Part shown: piece after piece, positions 30,319 to 40,088 of the stretch | Layout of the letters: each line of letters opens with the position of its first letter | Numbering within the stretch: position 1 is the first letter of the stretch | Source: a virus | Strand: one strand, 5' to 3' | Length of the DNA stretch: 64,000 nucleotides | Virus record (IMG/VR): IMGVR_UViG_3300027777_000028 | Coordinates: 34,377 to 98,376 of that record | Translations under genes and position numbers: made by a program | Notes under the pieces: model-generated | Told to the model about the DNA's origin: nothing | Database searches by the model: none | What the model saw: the letters and a program-made list of their open reading frames with translations, nothing else

Positions 30319-32394
30319 ATGATTGAAAATTGCTACATATTATATTCTTGTGACGGAAGTTTTGAACCCATTGTTTCAAACTTTAGTGGGTTGAGCGCAT
30401 ACTCTGAAACTTTTGTTTCAATAGATATTTTAGATTTGGGAGAAACTCCCGATACTTGTTTTTATGTTTTAAGTTTGGGTGAGATGGAATGTTCCCCAAC
30501 TTATAACATAGATGTTAATACTGGAACAACTTGTGTTTGTCAGTGTTATTGTTATTTTATTAGATCGGCAACTCAGACAACAGATGTCACTTATGTTGAT
30601 TGTAATAACACCATAGTTGTGGACACGATTCAAGAAGGGCAAACATATAATATTTGTAGTAAAGTATTTCCACAATTTGACACAGAAACTCAAATACCAA
30701 TTAAATTAACTGATATTTGTCAAAACAATCAGTGTCCACCAACAATACCAACAGTAAAACCACCAAATGAATGTGATGTTATTACTATTTTCCCAATGAC
30801 AATTGAATGTTTAACTTTACAGCCAACAAATGATAAGAGTTTTGATGGATCAACAACTTTGATTGTAACAGGAGGAACACCACCATACACAATTTTTTGG
30901 GAAGTTGGTAGTTTTGCTCCCGCTCTTACAAATTTAGGTGTAGGACAATATAAAGCAACAGTAACAGATTATTATGGTGATTTTACTGCCACCACAACAT
31001 GCGTGTTAACAGCGGACACATTAACATTGTCTGGTATGTGTTTTGCTGTTAGTGGAGTTTCAAATCAAACGACTTTTTATGTTTATAGTGAAAGTTCTGG
31101 TTTAAAAAATGGAAAACCATATTATAAAATTCAATACGGTGTTGAAACCATTGGATATGTTTTTTGGAGTTCAGAATTAAACTATTGGTCTTTTTGTCAA
31201 ACTTTGGAATGTCAAAATATATCAAACTATAACGATTTGATGACAACAACATTTTATCCGTCAGGAGAAACTGGAGATTGGGATTATATTTCTGACTCAC
31301 CATATTATTTATTACAATCTTATGTTGGACCATGTCAAATTCCAACAATACCAAAGGATTTAACTAGTTTATGTGTTACTTTAGTTGTTAGAAGCCCAAA
31401 ACCAGGAGTTGCAACACAAAGTCAACAAATACAATTAGATCCAAGCAACGACGTAAACGGACAACCAAGTTGGTCGTCATCAACAGGACAATACGTTATT
31501 TATTGGAACACAGGATCAACACCTAATCAATGGACGATGACGGGTTATTCAAGTCCTTACGTTAGTTTAATTAATAATGACCCCACATCACCCCCATTAA
31601 GTAATTGGCAAGTTCAAGGATCTCCTGAAGTGTTTAGTATGGCCGTGGCTCAAGGTGAATGTTTGACAAGTTATACAATAAGTGTAAGCGCTTCAGTAAA
31701 TGACGCCGCTTGCGAACAACAAGGAAGTATTACGGTTTCTGCCGTTGGGGGAGTTGCTCCTTACCAATATTCAATTGATGGGGGAGCGTCATACCAATCG
31801 TCACCAATTTTTAATAATTTAAGTCCTGGTATTTATTCAGTTTTTGTAAAAGATACTCAAACAACGGTAGGGTCTTTAACATCAATTCAAGTGAATAATA
31901 TTCTTCCGACAACATATACATTATTATTAAATGTAAACTATGGTAATGGAACTTTTTCAATAACAGCACCTGTTCTTCCAAATGGAGTTACAATTTCTTT
32001 GAATTTAACAATGACATCAACTTTTAGTTATTACCCAAGTACTTTAAGTCCGGCACCGACATATAATAATATAACAACAATAAATGGAACGACACCAATG
32101 ACGTTAACAAATACGACTTCAAGTACAGTTCCACTAACAGGTCCTTGTACTACTGATCTTCCAGTAACTGTGGTACAGACAAGTAAAACATATACAAATA
32201 CTTTAACTTTTACTAGCGGTCAAGTTATTACAGGTTCAACAACTTCAAGTATTATAAATAACCCAACAGGTTTTTGTGAAAAAGCAATAGGGTCATATAA
32301 TCTTTATATGTCAAGTCCTGTTGTGAATAATTGTGAATGTTGTCAAGTTATTTTAAATAACCCAAAATTAAATCCTGTACCACCAATAGTATAA
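30319..32394 (+). CDS. Cys/Thr-rich tail appendage protein with SprB-like repeats
   Basis: TGGTPPYTIFW...LTNLGVGQYKATVTD and GGVAPYQYSIDGG..YQSSPIFNNLSPGIYSVFVKD. Confidence 0.7.
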   Translation: MIENCYILYSCDGSFEPIVSNFSGLSAYSETFVSIDILDLGETPDTCFYVLSLGEMECSPTYNIDVNTGTTCVCQCYCYFIRSATQTTDVTYVDCNNTIVVDTIQEGQTYNICSKVFPQFDTETQIPIKLTDICQNNQCPPTIPTVKPPNECDVITIFPMTIECLTLQPTNDKSFDGSTTLIVTGGTPPYTIFWEVGSFAPALTNLGVGQYKATVTDYYGDFTATTTCVLTADTLTLSGMCFAVSGVSNQTTFYVYSESSGLKNGKPYYKIQYGVETIGYVFWSSELNYWSFCQTLECQNISNYNDLMTTTFYPSGETGDWDYISDSPYYLLQSYVGPCQIPTIPKDLTSLCVTLVVRSPKPGVATQSQQIQLDPSNDVNGQPSWSSSTGQYVIYWNTGSTPNQWTMTGYSSPYVSLINNDPTSPPLSNWQVQGSPEVFSMAVAQGECLTSYTISVSASVNDAACEQQGSITVSAVGGVAPYQYSIDGGASYQSSPIFNNLSPGIYSVFVKDTQTTVGSLTSIQVNNILPTTYTLLLNVNYGNGTFSITAPVLPNGVTISLNLTMTSTFSYYPSTLSPAPTYNNITTINGTTPMTLTNTTSSTVPLTGPCTTDLPVTVVQTSKTYTNTLTFTSGQVITGSTTSSIINNPTGFCEKAIGSYNLYMSSPVVNNCECCQVILNNPKLNPVPPIV

Positions 32395-32422
32395 AATAAT
32401 AAAAACAATATTTATCATATAA

Positions 32423-34921
32423 ATGGCTTATATAATTAAAAATACATCAGGTCTGGTAAATACCCGAGTTACTGACACGGGAAGACAAAGATTGTCTGAA
32501 GGTAGATTCAATATCGCTTATTTTGCTATCGGTGATAGTGAGATTTCATACAATCAATTACCTGAGACATATAATCAATCCAATACCGTTGTATTAGAAC
32601 CCCAATTTAATGCTCAAAATAGTTCAGGTGTTCCAGAATCAAATAGACAATATATTAAATACCCATATTTGGTAGATCAAGGACAAACAAATATTTATGG
32701 TATTCCTTTTATGGATTCACAAATCGAATCCGTATTTAATAGGGCCGCGATGAGGGGATTTTTCACAGGAAACACAACCGCTTCCACCGTTGATTGGAAA
32801 GCGTTGGTGAACAATCAATATGTTGTTACACCAAACTATGTTGTAAATATGTCTACTTTGAACGGAACTAACGAAATAAATGTTTATAGATTAGATTGTA
32901 ATGTTCAAAATAATAACACACCACAAATAGGTGATTTTATTACAATTTATTATGATGGGAGAGCAAAAACGGATTGTTCTTGTTCTAATTTTCCTACTCC
33001 AACACCAAGTGCTTCTGTAGGTCAAACACCGACACCAACTCCTACGCCATCATCAACAAATAGTGAACCTTGTTCGTCACCAACACCAACTCCTTCACCA
33101 ACACATACTCCTTGTTTAACACCAACACCAAGTGCTCAATGTCCATTACCACCACCACCTGATTGTTTAAAAGATGTCGTTAGTTGTTTTTCAATTTTAA
33201 CATATAGAATTATTTCGGTGTGTGAAAACAAATTAACATTAGATAGACCAACACCTGATTTTACAAACTTGGCGAGTGATTGTATTGCAAGAACATTAAT
33301 TTATCCACCACAGATGGTTCCGTTATATGATAGTTTTACACCTGAACCACACTGGGCACAAAGTGTTATTGATTTTGAATCAGTTTGTGATACAGATCAA
33401 TTTGATGTAAAAATTTGGAATATGAATATTCCGTGGACTGAAAGTCCGGCTGGTTTAATATCAAATCAGTTCCAAGATTATACGAATTTTGGATCTATAA
33501 ATTATATAGGACAAAAAGAATATTTTGGTTATACAACAAACGCTCAAACATCAACTGATGATGTTTATTATTACAACTCATTTGGTGAAAAACAAGTTGT
33601 AACACCTACAAATCAAAAAGCGATAGCGATTATTCACTACACAAATCAAACAATTGATTTCTTTTATGGTGAAAAGTTTGCTTTACAACCATACGATAGT
33701 CAAAACCCTGAAAATACGCAAGGACAAGCAAGAAACTTCAAATTACATATTCCAACTTTAATGTGGCATAAAAATCCTGAATGTTGTTTTGGTCAAACAT
33801 TTTATGTTGATCCTCCAGGATTTGATGGAAAAAACTTATTTCAAGTTCAATATACAAAATCAAACGTGTCAAATAATATGAACCAACCTGGTTTGAGATA
33901 TTATAACTTATGGGATACATTCGCACAACCAAACGGACTTCCAAGTAGAATAGGAAAAGTTTATCCTGATTCAAAATTAATTATTATTGATGATGAAGAA
34001 ATTGTTGCGGCACTTTCATATAAGTCAAATAGAAATTGGACTTTACCGGCACCTCAAGTTTCTTTATTAACACCAAATACTTGTGGAACATCAAACACTA
34101 CAGGAGTTTTAACTGGCGGTGGTGAAACTTTGTGGGTTACATATAGGTTATCAAATTCATATTTCTTTACCAATTCACTTCATTGTAATTATTACACAAG
34201 TGTTGTGGGAACAGAAAATGTTTGTACACCCGATACACCAAAAAATGTTGCCGTTAGATTCGGAGGAGATTTTCCTTGTTTAGTTCAACCTGGATATTCA
34301 CCAACAACAACAACTACCACTTATTTTCCAAATACAACAACCACAACAACAATAAATCCATATACAACTACTACAACAACATTATGTCCTACTTGTGTTG
34401 TACCAGCAGGGTTTTACTCTAATCAATTTCAGGTATTGGCACAAAAAGTTCCTGTGGGTCAAAGACCTGTTGCGGATAACTGGAAATTAATTGATTTCAC
34501 AGAACAAGCAAGTCAATTTTTTGTAAATGGATATGTAACACAAGAATCACTAACAGCCACCACATTTACTATTACGGCAGAAAATTATTCATCAGCACCA
34601 TATTATAATTTGAATGATTATGTTTCTTTAGTTCCAAAAGGGGACACAGGACCAAACCTTAATTTTGGTGATGAATATTATTTTTATGGTAATTTAGAAA
34701 CTGACATCCAAGCGACAATCTACGAAATGAAGTATAAGATTAATTTATCTTCAAATGAGTTTTTGGTTTCTCAAAACCCAACATGGACTTTTGGTACAAA
34801 ATCATATGTTACTGAAATCGCACTTTTGGATGCTAATGATGATATTCTTGTTATGTCAAAATTACAATCACCTGTGTTAAGACAAGGGATACAACAATAT
34901 GTAATAAAGTTGGATTTTTAA
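32423..34921 (+). CDS. Baseplate / tail-fibre attachment protein with PT-repeat and poly-Thr inserts
   Basis: N-terminal VTDTGRQRL..G.FNIAYFAIGDSE, C-terminal YVTEIALLD...MSKLQSPV, and PTPTPS and TTTTTT inserts. Confidence 0.65.
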   Translation: MAYIIKNTSGLVNTRVTDTGRQRLSEGRFNIAYFAIGDSEISYNQLPETYNQSNTVVLEPQFNAQNSSGVPESNRQYIKYPYLVDQGQTNIYGIPFMDSQIESVFNRAAMRGFFTGNTTASTVDWKALVNNQYVVTPNYVVNMSTLNGTNEINVYRLDCNVQNNNTPQIGDFITIYYDGRAKTDCSCSNFPTPTPSASVGQTPTPTPTPSSTNSEPCSSPTPTPSPTHTPCLTPTPSAQCPLPPPPDCLKDVVSCFSILTYRIISVCENKLTLDRPTPDFTNLASDCIARTLIYPPQMVPLYDSFTPEPHWAQSVIDFESVCDTDQFDVKIWNMNIPWTESPAGLISNQFQDYTNFGSINYIGQKEYFGYTTNAQTSTDDVYYYNSFGEKQVVTPTNQKAIAIIHYTNQTIDFFYGEKFALQPYDSQNPENTQGQARNFKLHIPTLMWHKNPECCFGQTFYVDPPGFDGKNLFQVQYTKSNVSNNMNQPGLRYYNLWDTFAQPNGLPSRIGKVYPDSKLIIIDDEEIVAALSYKSNRNWTLPAPQVSLLTPNTCGTSNTTGVLTGGGETLWVTYRLSNSYFFTNSLHCNYYTSVVGTENVCTPDTPKNVAVRFGGDFPCLVQPGYSPTTTTTTYFPNTTTTTTINPYTTTTTTLCPTCVVPAGFYSNQFQVLAQKVPVGQRPVADNWKLIDFTEQASQFFVNGYVTQESLTATTFTITAENYSSAPYYNLNDYVSLVPKGDTGPNLNFGDEYYFYGNLETDIQATIYEMKYKINLSSNEFLVSQNPTWTFGTKSYVTEIALLDANDDILVMSKLQSPVLRQGIQQYVIKLDF

Positions 34922-34976
34922 AAAAACTTTAATTTTTATTATTATACCTTATTATATTAAAATATAACAATATTTT

Positions 34977-35582
34977 ATGGCAAAAAACCTTAAAAATTCC
35001 CCAAAAGTGTTAGGATTAGATATTTCTACTCGAACAATAGGATGGGCTCTCTTTGATATTAAAACAAAAGAGTTACTTGAATTAACACACGTTTCACCAA
35101 GACCAAAAATTGATGGTGATGATGATAAAATAAAAGAACTTTTATTGAAGTCTGAAATCTTCGCAGAAAAACTTAAACAATATAAAGGTTTAGGTATTGT
35201 TAGAGTAGTAATAGAAGAACCATTACTTAACTCCAATAATGTTTATACAATTCAAACATTATTACGTTTCAATAGTTTTGTGTTTAAAGAGATATACAAT
35301 ATTTTAGGGATTGTTCCTGAATTCATATCAACATACAACTCACGAAAATATGCATTCCCTGAGTTAGTACAAGAAAACGACAAAAAGAAATTTGTATTAT
35401 TTGGTGGATTACCAAAAGATGTTGATAAAAAAATGATCATTTGGGAAAAAGTTGCAAAACTTGAACCACAAATAAAATGGTTATACACAAAAAACAATAC
35501 TCTCAAAAAAGAAAATTTTGATCAAACAGATGCTTATACTTGTGTGTTAGGGTTTATGAGATTAAAAGAAATCTGGGAATAA
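34977..35582 (+). CDS. RuvC-like Holliday junction resolvase
   Basis: VLGLDISTRTIGW, VIEEP and DQTDAY acidic catalytic pattern. Confidence 0.75.
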   Translation: MAKNLKNSPKVLGLDISTRTIGWALFDIKTKELLELTHVSPRPKIDGDDDKIKELLLKSEIFAEKLKQYKGLGIVRVVIEEPLLNSNNVYTIQTLLRFNSFVFKEIYNILGIVPEFISTYNSRKYAFPELVQENDKKKFVLFGGLPKDVDKKMIIWEKVAKLEPQIKWLYTKNNTLKKENFDQTDAYTCVLGFMRLKEIWE

Positions 35583-35605
35583 TATCTTTTACATATTATT
35601 ATTTG

Positions 35606-35637
35606 AAATATCGGTTTTTTAGCCGATATTTTTTTTT
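35606..35637. terminator. Intrinsic terminator between convergent genes
   Basis: AAATATCGG...CCGATATTT stem with T-run. Confidence 0.75.
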
Positions 35638-37429
35638 AACACACAGTACCTAATTGTGTAATTTGGATGTTTTGTGGGTTATTAGTTGTTGGTGTTACAT
35701 TAGAACAAACAATAACCGAACTATTACCCCCCAATGACTCAGATACAGAGTTTGAAATACAATTGCTATATTTGATTGTAATTTTTGATGGACTTAAATT
35801 CGTGACACGATATTGATATTGAACACAAGGTGATGGACTTGGAGTTGGAGTTGGTGTCATAGATGGTGTAGGACAAGGAACTTCCAATGCCGTAGTATAG
35901 AAACCAGAACTACTATTGATACAAGTTTCATAAATAGAATTATCAACCCATTCCATAGTTGAACCAATCGGAAGTTCGGTGTCTAAATATAAGAACGATC
36001 CTGCAACATTTGTTCCATAATTTTCAGCAACCCATCTTACGTTCAAGTTATCCCAATATATTCTATATACCGTTGGATTTGATACATAACTCCAAATATA
36101 AGATAATTTACCGTTTATAAATCCATTTGGAGTTACATTAGTTGTACCACATTCTCCATGAATAACCAAACATTGTGTTACAGGTTCTTGAGGTGATGGT
36201 GTACATTTTAAACAAGAACCATCCAAAGTAGAACCGACTTCATTTGTTAAAGTAATATTATCAACTCCACTTATATTTTCAAATAATCCTTCATAGATTA
36301 CACAATAATTCATTCCGTTAATTATTGCGTTATACACATAATTTTCTTTTGGTGATGTTGATCCAGAAACCAATACAAGATCTGACGTAAAGTATTCAAT
36401 ACCTGTAAAGCAATCACGGAATTTTTTACTATTAGCACATTGTATAATTTCAGAAAACGTATTAAACACAACTTCACCCGAAAAATTACAAGGTCTATCA
36501 ACTTCTGGTGTTGGTGTAGGTGTTGGTGTAAAAGACGGAGTAGGTGTTGGTGTGACCCCTAATGAAGTAACCGCCATTGATACACCACCACATATGTTTG
36601 AAGTCGTTGGAGTTGGTGTGGGGGTTGGTGTTTTTGTAGGAGTTGGGCTAAAACTTGGTGTTGGTGGAATATAACAATCAAAAATTGCTTCAAAATCAAA
36701 ATCAACACAAGGGTTTGTAGTGGTTGTTGTAGTTGTACAAGGCCCAAAATAAACAACACTATCATCAAAATCGGGACAAGTTGAAACACTACCATAAGGA
36801 CCAAATTGATTACAAGGGTCTCCTATGTTTTGTGCTAAACACCATCTTGTTTCACCTGTTGAATAAAATATAAAATATCCGTTTGTTTGACCTGTATAAT
36901 ATGTATATGAACCATACATACCACTATATTGATATGTGTCATCATAGATATTATCGTTCTTAACACAAAAAATTCCAGGACAAGTACAAGTAGAAATTGA
37001 TAATATAGTTCCCGATGAATCAACTTCATAAATTGTAAGACCATCTGAATAAAAAGTATTTGTGGATGGTGTAGTACAACCTGAGTCGATATATACGACA
37101 TTTCCCACAAGTAATCCAGGTCCCCACAAATCAAAAATCAAAGGAGAAATACAAGATAAATTAGGATCTGAAGCGGATGCGAAAGTCCCCAAGAAATTAC
37201 AAGCACATGCAATAATTTCGATAATTTTACCTGATGAATTTGTTGTGTATAAATTAGATCCGTCACTTAAATACGAAGTGCTATATGGTATGGTACATCC
37301 AGAATCGGTATAAAGGAAGTCAAGTAAATCTACACCATCCCCATAAACAGGAGCTGTAAGTGCTGAAAAACACAACGAATAATTTGGACTAGTGTCCACC
37401 GCAAATAAACCTAAATTATTACAAGCCAT
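35636..37429 (-). CDS. Cys-rich PT-repeat protein, putative virion appendage
   Basis: Two tandem ~75-aa N-terminal repeats (CN.LG.FA...Y.DSGCT.P...SDG..Y...SSG.I...C), three PTPTPT blocks and a poly-Thr run. Confidence 0.75.
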   Translation of the reverse strand: MACNNLGLFAVDTSPNYSLCFSALTAPVYGDGVDLLDFLYTDSGCTIPYSTSYLSDGSNLYTTNSSGKIIEIIACACNFLGTFASASDPNLSCISPLIFDLWGPGLLVGNVVYIDSGCTTPSTNTFYSDGLTIYEVDSSGTILSISTCTCPGIFCVKNDNIYDDTYQYSGMYGSYTYYTGQTNGYFIFYSTGETRWCLAQNIGDPCNQFGPYGSVSTCPDFDDSVVYFGPCTTTTTTTNPCVDFDFEAIFDCYIPPTPSFSPTPTKTPTPTPTPTTSNICGGVSMAVTSLGVTPTPTPSFTPTPTPTPEVDRPCNFSGEVVFNTFSEIIQCANSKKFRDCFTGIEYFTSDLVLVSGSTSPKENYVYNAIINGMNYCVIYEGLFENISGVDNITLTNEVGSTLDGSCLKCTPSPQEPVTQCLVIHGECGTTNVTPNGFINGKLSYIWSYVSNPTVYRIYWDNLNVRWVAENYGTNVAGSFLYLDTELPIGSTMEWVDNSIYETCINSSSGFYTTALEVPCPTPSMTPTPTPSPSPCVQYQYRVTNLSPSKITIKYSNCISNSVSESLGGNSSVIVCSNVTPTTNNPQNIQITQLGTVC

Positions 37430-37430
37430 A

Positions 37431-37649
37431 TTATGTTAATTCTTGTGTTACCATGCAATTATTGCTATCAACAACTTTTACAACATACGACCCCATGTCT
37501 TCCATAATAAATGGAAGGTTGAAAACATATGGGATTTGACCCAAACCGATTGTGTTTATGTAAATACAACTTGTAAAACCTGTGTCACAAGTGTAAACAT
37601 CAAAAGGTGGGAAACCAGAAAGTGATGAAATTGTAATTTGCGTTGGCAT
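37431..37649 (-). CDS. Small Cys-containing protein, paralog of 29062-29286
   Basis: Preceded by TATTTAT on the minus strand; shares the paralog pattern. Confidence 0.7.
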   Translation of the reverse strand: MPTQITISSLSGFPPFDVYTCDTGFTSCIYINTIGLGQIPYVFNLPFIMEDMGSYVVKVVDSNNCMVTQELT

Positions 37650-37688
37650 ATCATTAATAAATATAAAAAAAGAAAAAAGTTTGTGTAG

Positions 37689-37717
37689 TTGATATAGTAA
37701 AAGATGTTTTTTATATT
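37689..37717 (+). promoter_or_regulatory. sigma70-type promoter, probably giving a leaderless mRNA
   Basis: TTGATA-N17-TATATT; ATG 37724 starts 6 nt after the -10 box. Confidence 0.55.
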
Positions 37718-37723
37718 TTAGTT

Positions 37724-37975
37724 ATGACAGAAAGAGAAATACAATTATTGGGATTTGAAAGACAAGACTCCGAAGACGGAGAATATTCATTTTATTATTA
37801 TATCTATAAAATTGTCGATGGGTTGGTGTTTATATCCAACGCAAATGATGACCTAATAGATGGAGACGAATGGTATATTGACATATTCAACACAGATCCC
37901 CACATTAGATTTACTGAGTTTGGTGATGTTCAGGGTTTAATCAATATTTTAGAAAAAAGACGAGTTGAAAATTGA
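37724..37975 (+). CDS. Hypothetical protein (83 aa)
   Basis: ORF overlapping the primase start. Confidence 0.7.
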   Translation: MTEREIQLLGFERQDSEDGEYSFYYYIYKIVDGLVFISNANDDLIDGDEWYIDIFNTDPHIRFTEFGDVQGLINILEKRRVEN

Positions 37976-38874
37976 TGGATGAAAATGAAGCGTTAGTTGA
38001 ATTATTAGAGGAGGCTCTTGGAGATCACGGGCTTCACTATCCTAATCGCGGACAAATTTCTTTTAATTGTCCTGTCTGTGATGATGATAGAAACAAACAT
38101 AATTTAGAGGTTAATTACATAGACAACGTCTTCAAGTGTTGGTCGTGCGGAGATAGTGAAGGAACACACGGACCTTTGGGAAAGTTATTTGACAAATACG
38201 GAAACAAAAAACAAAAAAAACTTTATAATGTCTTAAAACCGGAAACAGTAGTTAAAAGAGAAAAACCAAAAAAACAACTCAAACTCCCCGACGGGTTCAC
38301 ACTATTCAAAGACTCAAGTCCGATATATCCCGTTAGAAGACAAGCCATGAATTATTTAAAAAGTCGTGGTATCACAGATGAGATGATTGAAAAATATCAA
38401 ATTGGTTTTTGTGATAAAGGAGACCATTCAGGTCGTATTGTAATTCCATCTTATAACACCAAAGGAGAACTTAACTATTATATTGCAAGAAGTTGGAATC
38501 CAATGTCAAGGGCCAAATACAAGAACCCTGAGGCAGAAAAAGATAAAATTATATTTTGGGAAAATCTTATTGATTGGAATAAGGACATATATCTTGTAGA
38601 GGGAGCATTTGATGGATTATTTGTGAATAACTCAATTCCAATGTTGGGTAAACATATGTCCGAACTTTTATTTGAAACCATATACACAAAAGCCAAAGGT
38701 GATATTATTATATGTCTTGACGCCGATGCGTGGCAAAACGCAATCAAACTATATCACGAATTAAGTGGGGGCGATTTATGGGGTAGAATAAAATTGGTTA
38801 AACTACCTGACGATAAAGATATTGCTGATTTAAGGGGTGAGATAAAAGATGAATATTATCATATAATAAAATGA
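37972..38874 (+). CDS. dnaG: DNA primase (Zn finger + TOPRIM); ATG at 37975 likely
   Basis: CPVC...CWSC, YLKSRGI, RIVIP, KYKNP, LVEGAFD, CLDAD. Confidence 0.9.
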   Translation: MMDENEALVELLEEALGDHGLHYPNRGQISFNCPVCDDDRNKHNLEVNYIDNVFKCWSCGDSEGTHGPLGKLFDKYGNKKQKKLYNVLKPETVVKREKPKKQLKLPDGFTLFKDSSPIYPVRRQAMNYLKSRGITDEMIEKYQIGFCDKGDHSGRIVIPSYNTKGELNYYIARSWNPMSRAKYKNPEAEKDKIIFWENLIDWNKDIYLVEGAFDGLFVNNSIPMLGKHMSELLFETIYTKAKGDIIICLDADAWQNAIKLYHELSGGDLWGRIKLVKLPDDKDIADLRGEIKDEYYHIIK

Positions 38875-39737
38875 CAGATCTAAAAAAAATATCACAAGAA
38901 ATTAGAGAAATTATCTCTGAAAGACAAAAAGAGTTCCAACTTACATTTGAGGAAGAAACACATACATATACAATGTTGAATTCAAAAGGAGAGTTGAGAT
39001 CTGATTTCCCATCTGTTTCAAAAGTGATGAAACTTTTTTATGACGAGTTTCCAACTGAACAAGCGGCATTTAGTAAAGCTGGAGGTGATCCTGATGAAGC
39101 CGAAAGATTGATTAATGAATGGGCTGAATTAGGGAGAAAATCAACAAATCTTGGATCTCGTTGTCATTACTTGTTAGAGGAACACACATTAAAAGAATTT
39201 GGTATTGAAAAAGAAGTTCGTCAACCAATATTTGATTGTGATGCTGAACAAATTATTAAAAGTGATTCGATGATTATGGCCGGAAAACATTATATTGAAC
39301 TTCTTAAAGAGAGGGGATGTGAATTGATTGATACGGAAATGGTTTTGGGACATCCTGAATTGGAATATACAGGACAACCCGATAAGGTTTGGTTGGTAGT
39401 TGGAACAAATGGTAATTTGGGTATTTTAATAACAGATTGGAAAAGTAATAAACCAAAAAACTTTGTGGTCACCCGTTATACAAAACAAATGAAAAAACCA
39501 TTTCAAGATCTTCCTGACAATGCTTTGGGACACTACAACACACAATTACCTTTTTATGGTAAGTTACTTTTGAAAATGTTGGAAGGAACCAAATATGAAA
39601 ACATACAATTATTAGGTTGTATTGTGGTATTGATTACTGAAGAAAGAGAATATCATGAACACAGAGTATCCAAAAAAACAATCAACACAATTTTAGAAAT
39701 GGATATAAAAAAGTATTTGACTAAACTTAAAAAATAA
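38871..39737 (+). CDS. PD-(D/E)xK exonuclease
   Basis: PSVS, GSRCHYLLE, GQPDKVW, ITDWKSNK, YNTQLPFY. Confidence 0.8.
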   Translation: MTDLKKISQEIREIISERQKEFQLTFEEETHTYTMLNSKGELRSDFPSVSKVMKLFYDEFPTEQAAFSKAGGDPDEAERLINEWAELGRKSTNLGSRCHYLLEEHTLKEFGIEKEVRQPIFDCDAEQIIKSDSMIMAGKHYIELLKERGCELIDTEMVLGHPELEYTGQPDKVWLVVGTNGNLGILITDWKSNKPKNFVVTRYTKQMKKPFQDLPDNALGHYNTQLPFYGKLLLKMLEGTKYENIQLLGCIVVLITEEREYHEHRVSKKTINTILEMDIKKYLTKLKK

Positions 39738-39745
39738 ACTATAAT
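39717..39745 (+). promoter_or_regulatory. sigma70-type promoter
   Basis: TTGACT-N17-TATAAT, near-perfect consensus; ATG at 39751. Confidence 0.7.
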
Positions 39746-39750
39746 TAGAT

Positions 39751-39840
39751 ATGGAAACTACAACTACACCCATTTATTATATCAATACTACTTGGGATAA
39801 TGAAACAATAAAAATAAACATAAATTATATTATAAAATGA
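39751..39840 (+). CDS. 29-aa micro-ORF, not in the ORF track
   Basis: METTTTPIYYINTTWDNETIKININYIIK*; starts 5 nt after TATAAT and its stop overlaps the next ATG (ATGA). Confidence 0.45.
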   Translation: METTTTPIYYINTTWDNETIKININYIIK

Positions 39841-40085
39841 ATATTTACATGACAAAAACGTATTCGGTTTTTGAATCCTATGGACCGATTGAGGTTAATA
39901 TGGAAGATTATCCCGAATTAGAAGGAAAAACAGAAGAAGAAATCCTTGAACATTTCAACAGCATTATGTATGAAGAAAACATAAAGGGTGGTAGTGAGTC
40001 AACATTGGCTGACGAATTTCAGTTCAACACTGAAATGATAAAACAAAAATACTCAAATGAGGAAGAAGAAATTGTAAATTACTAA
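39837..40085 (+). CDS. Hypothetical acidic protein
   Basis: Collinear small ORF. Confidence 0.65.
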   Translation: MNIYMTKTYSVFESYGPIEVNMEDYPELEGKTEEEILEHFNSIMYEENIKGGSESTLADEFQFNTEMIKQKYSNEEEEIVNY

Positions 40086-40088
40086 ATT

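Noticed and set aside
38871-39737. Cas4 / CRISPR adaptation gene
   Set aside because: It has a PD-(D/E)xK core but lacks the four-Cys Fe-S pattern and any cas or array context; it sits coupled to the primase.
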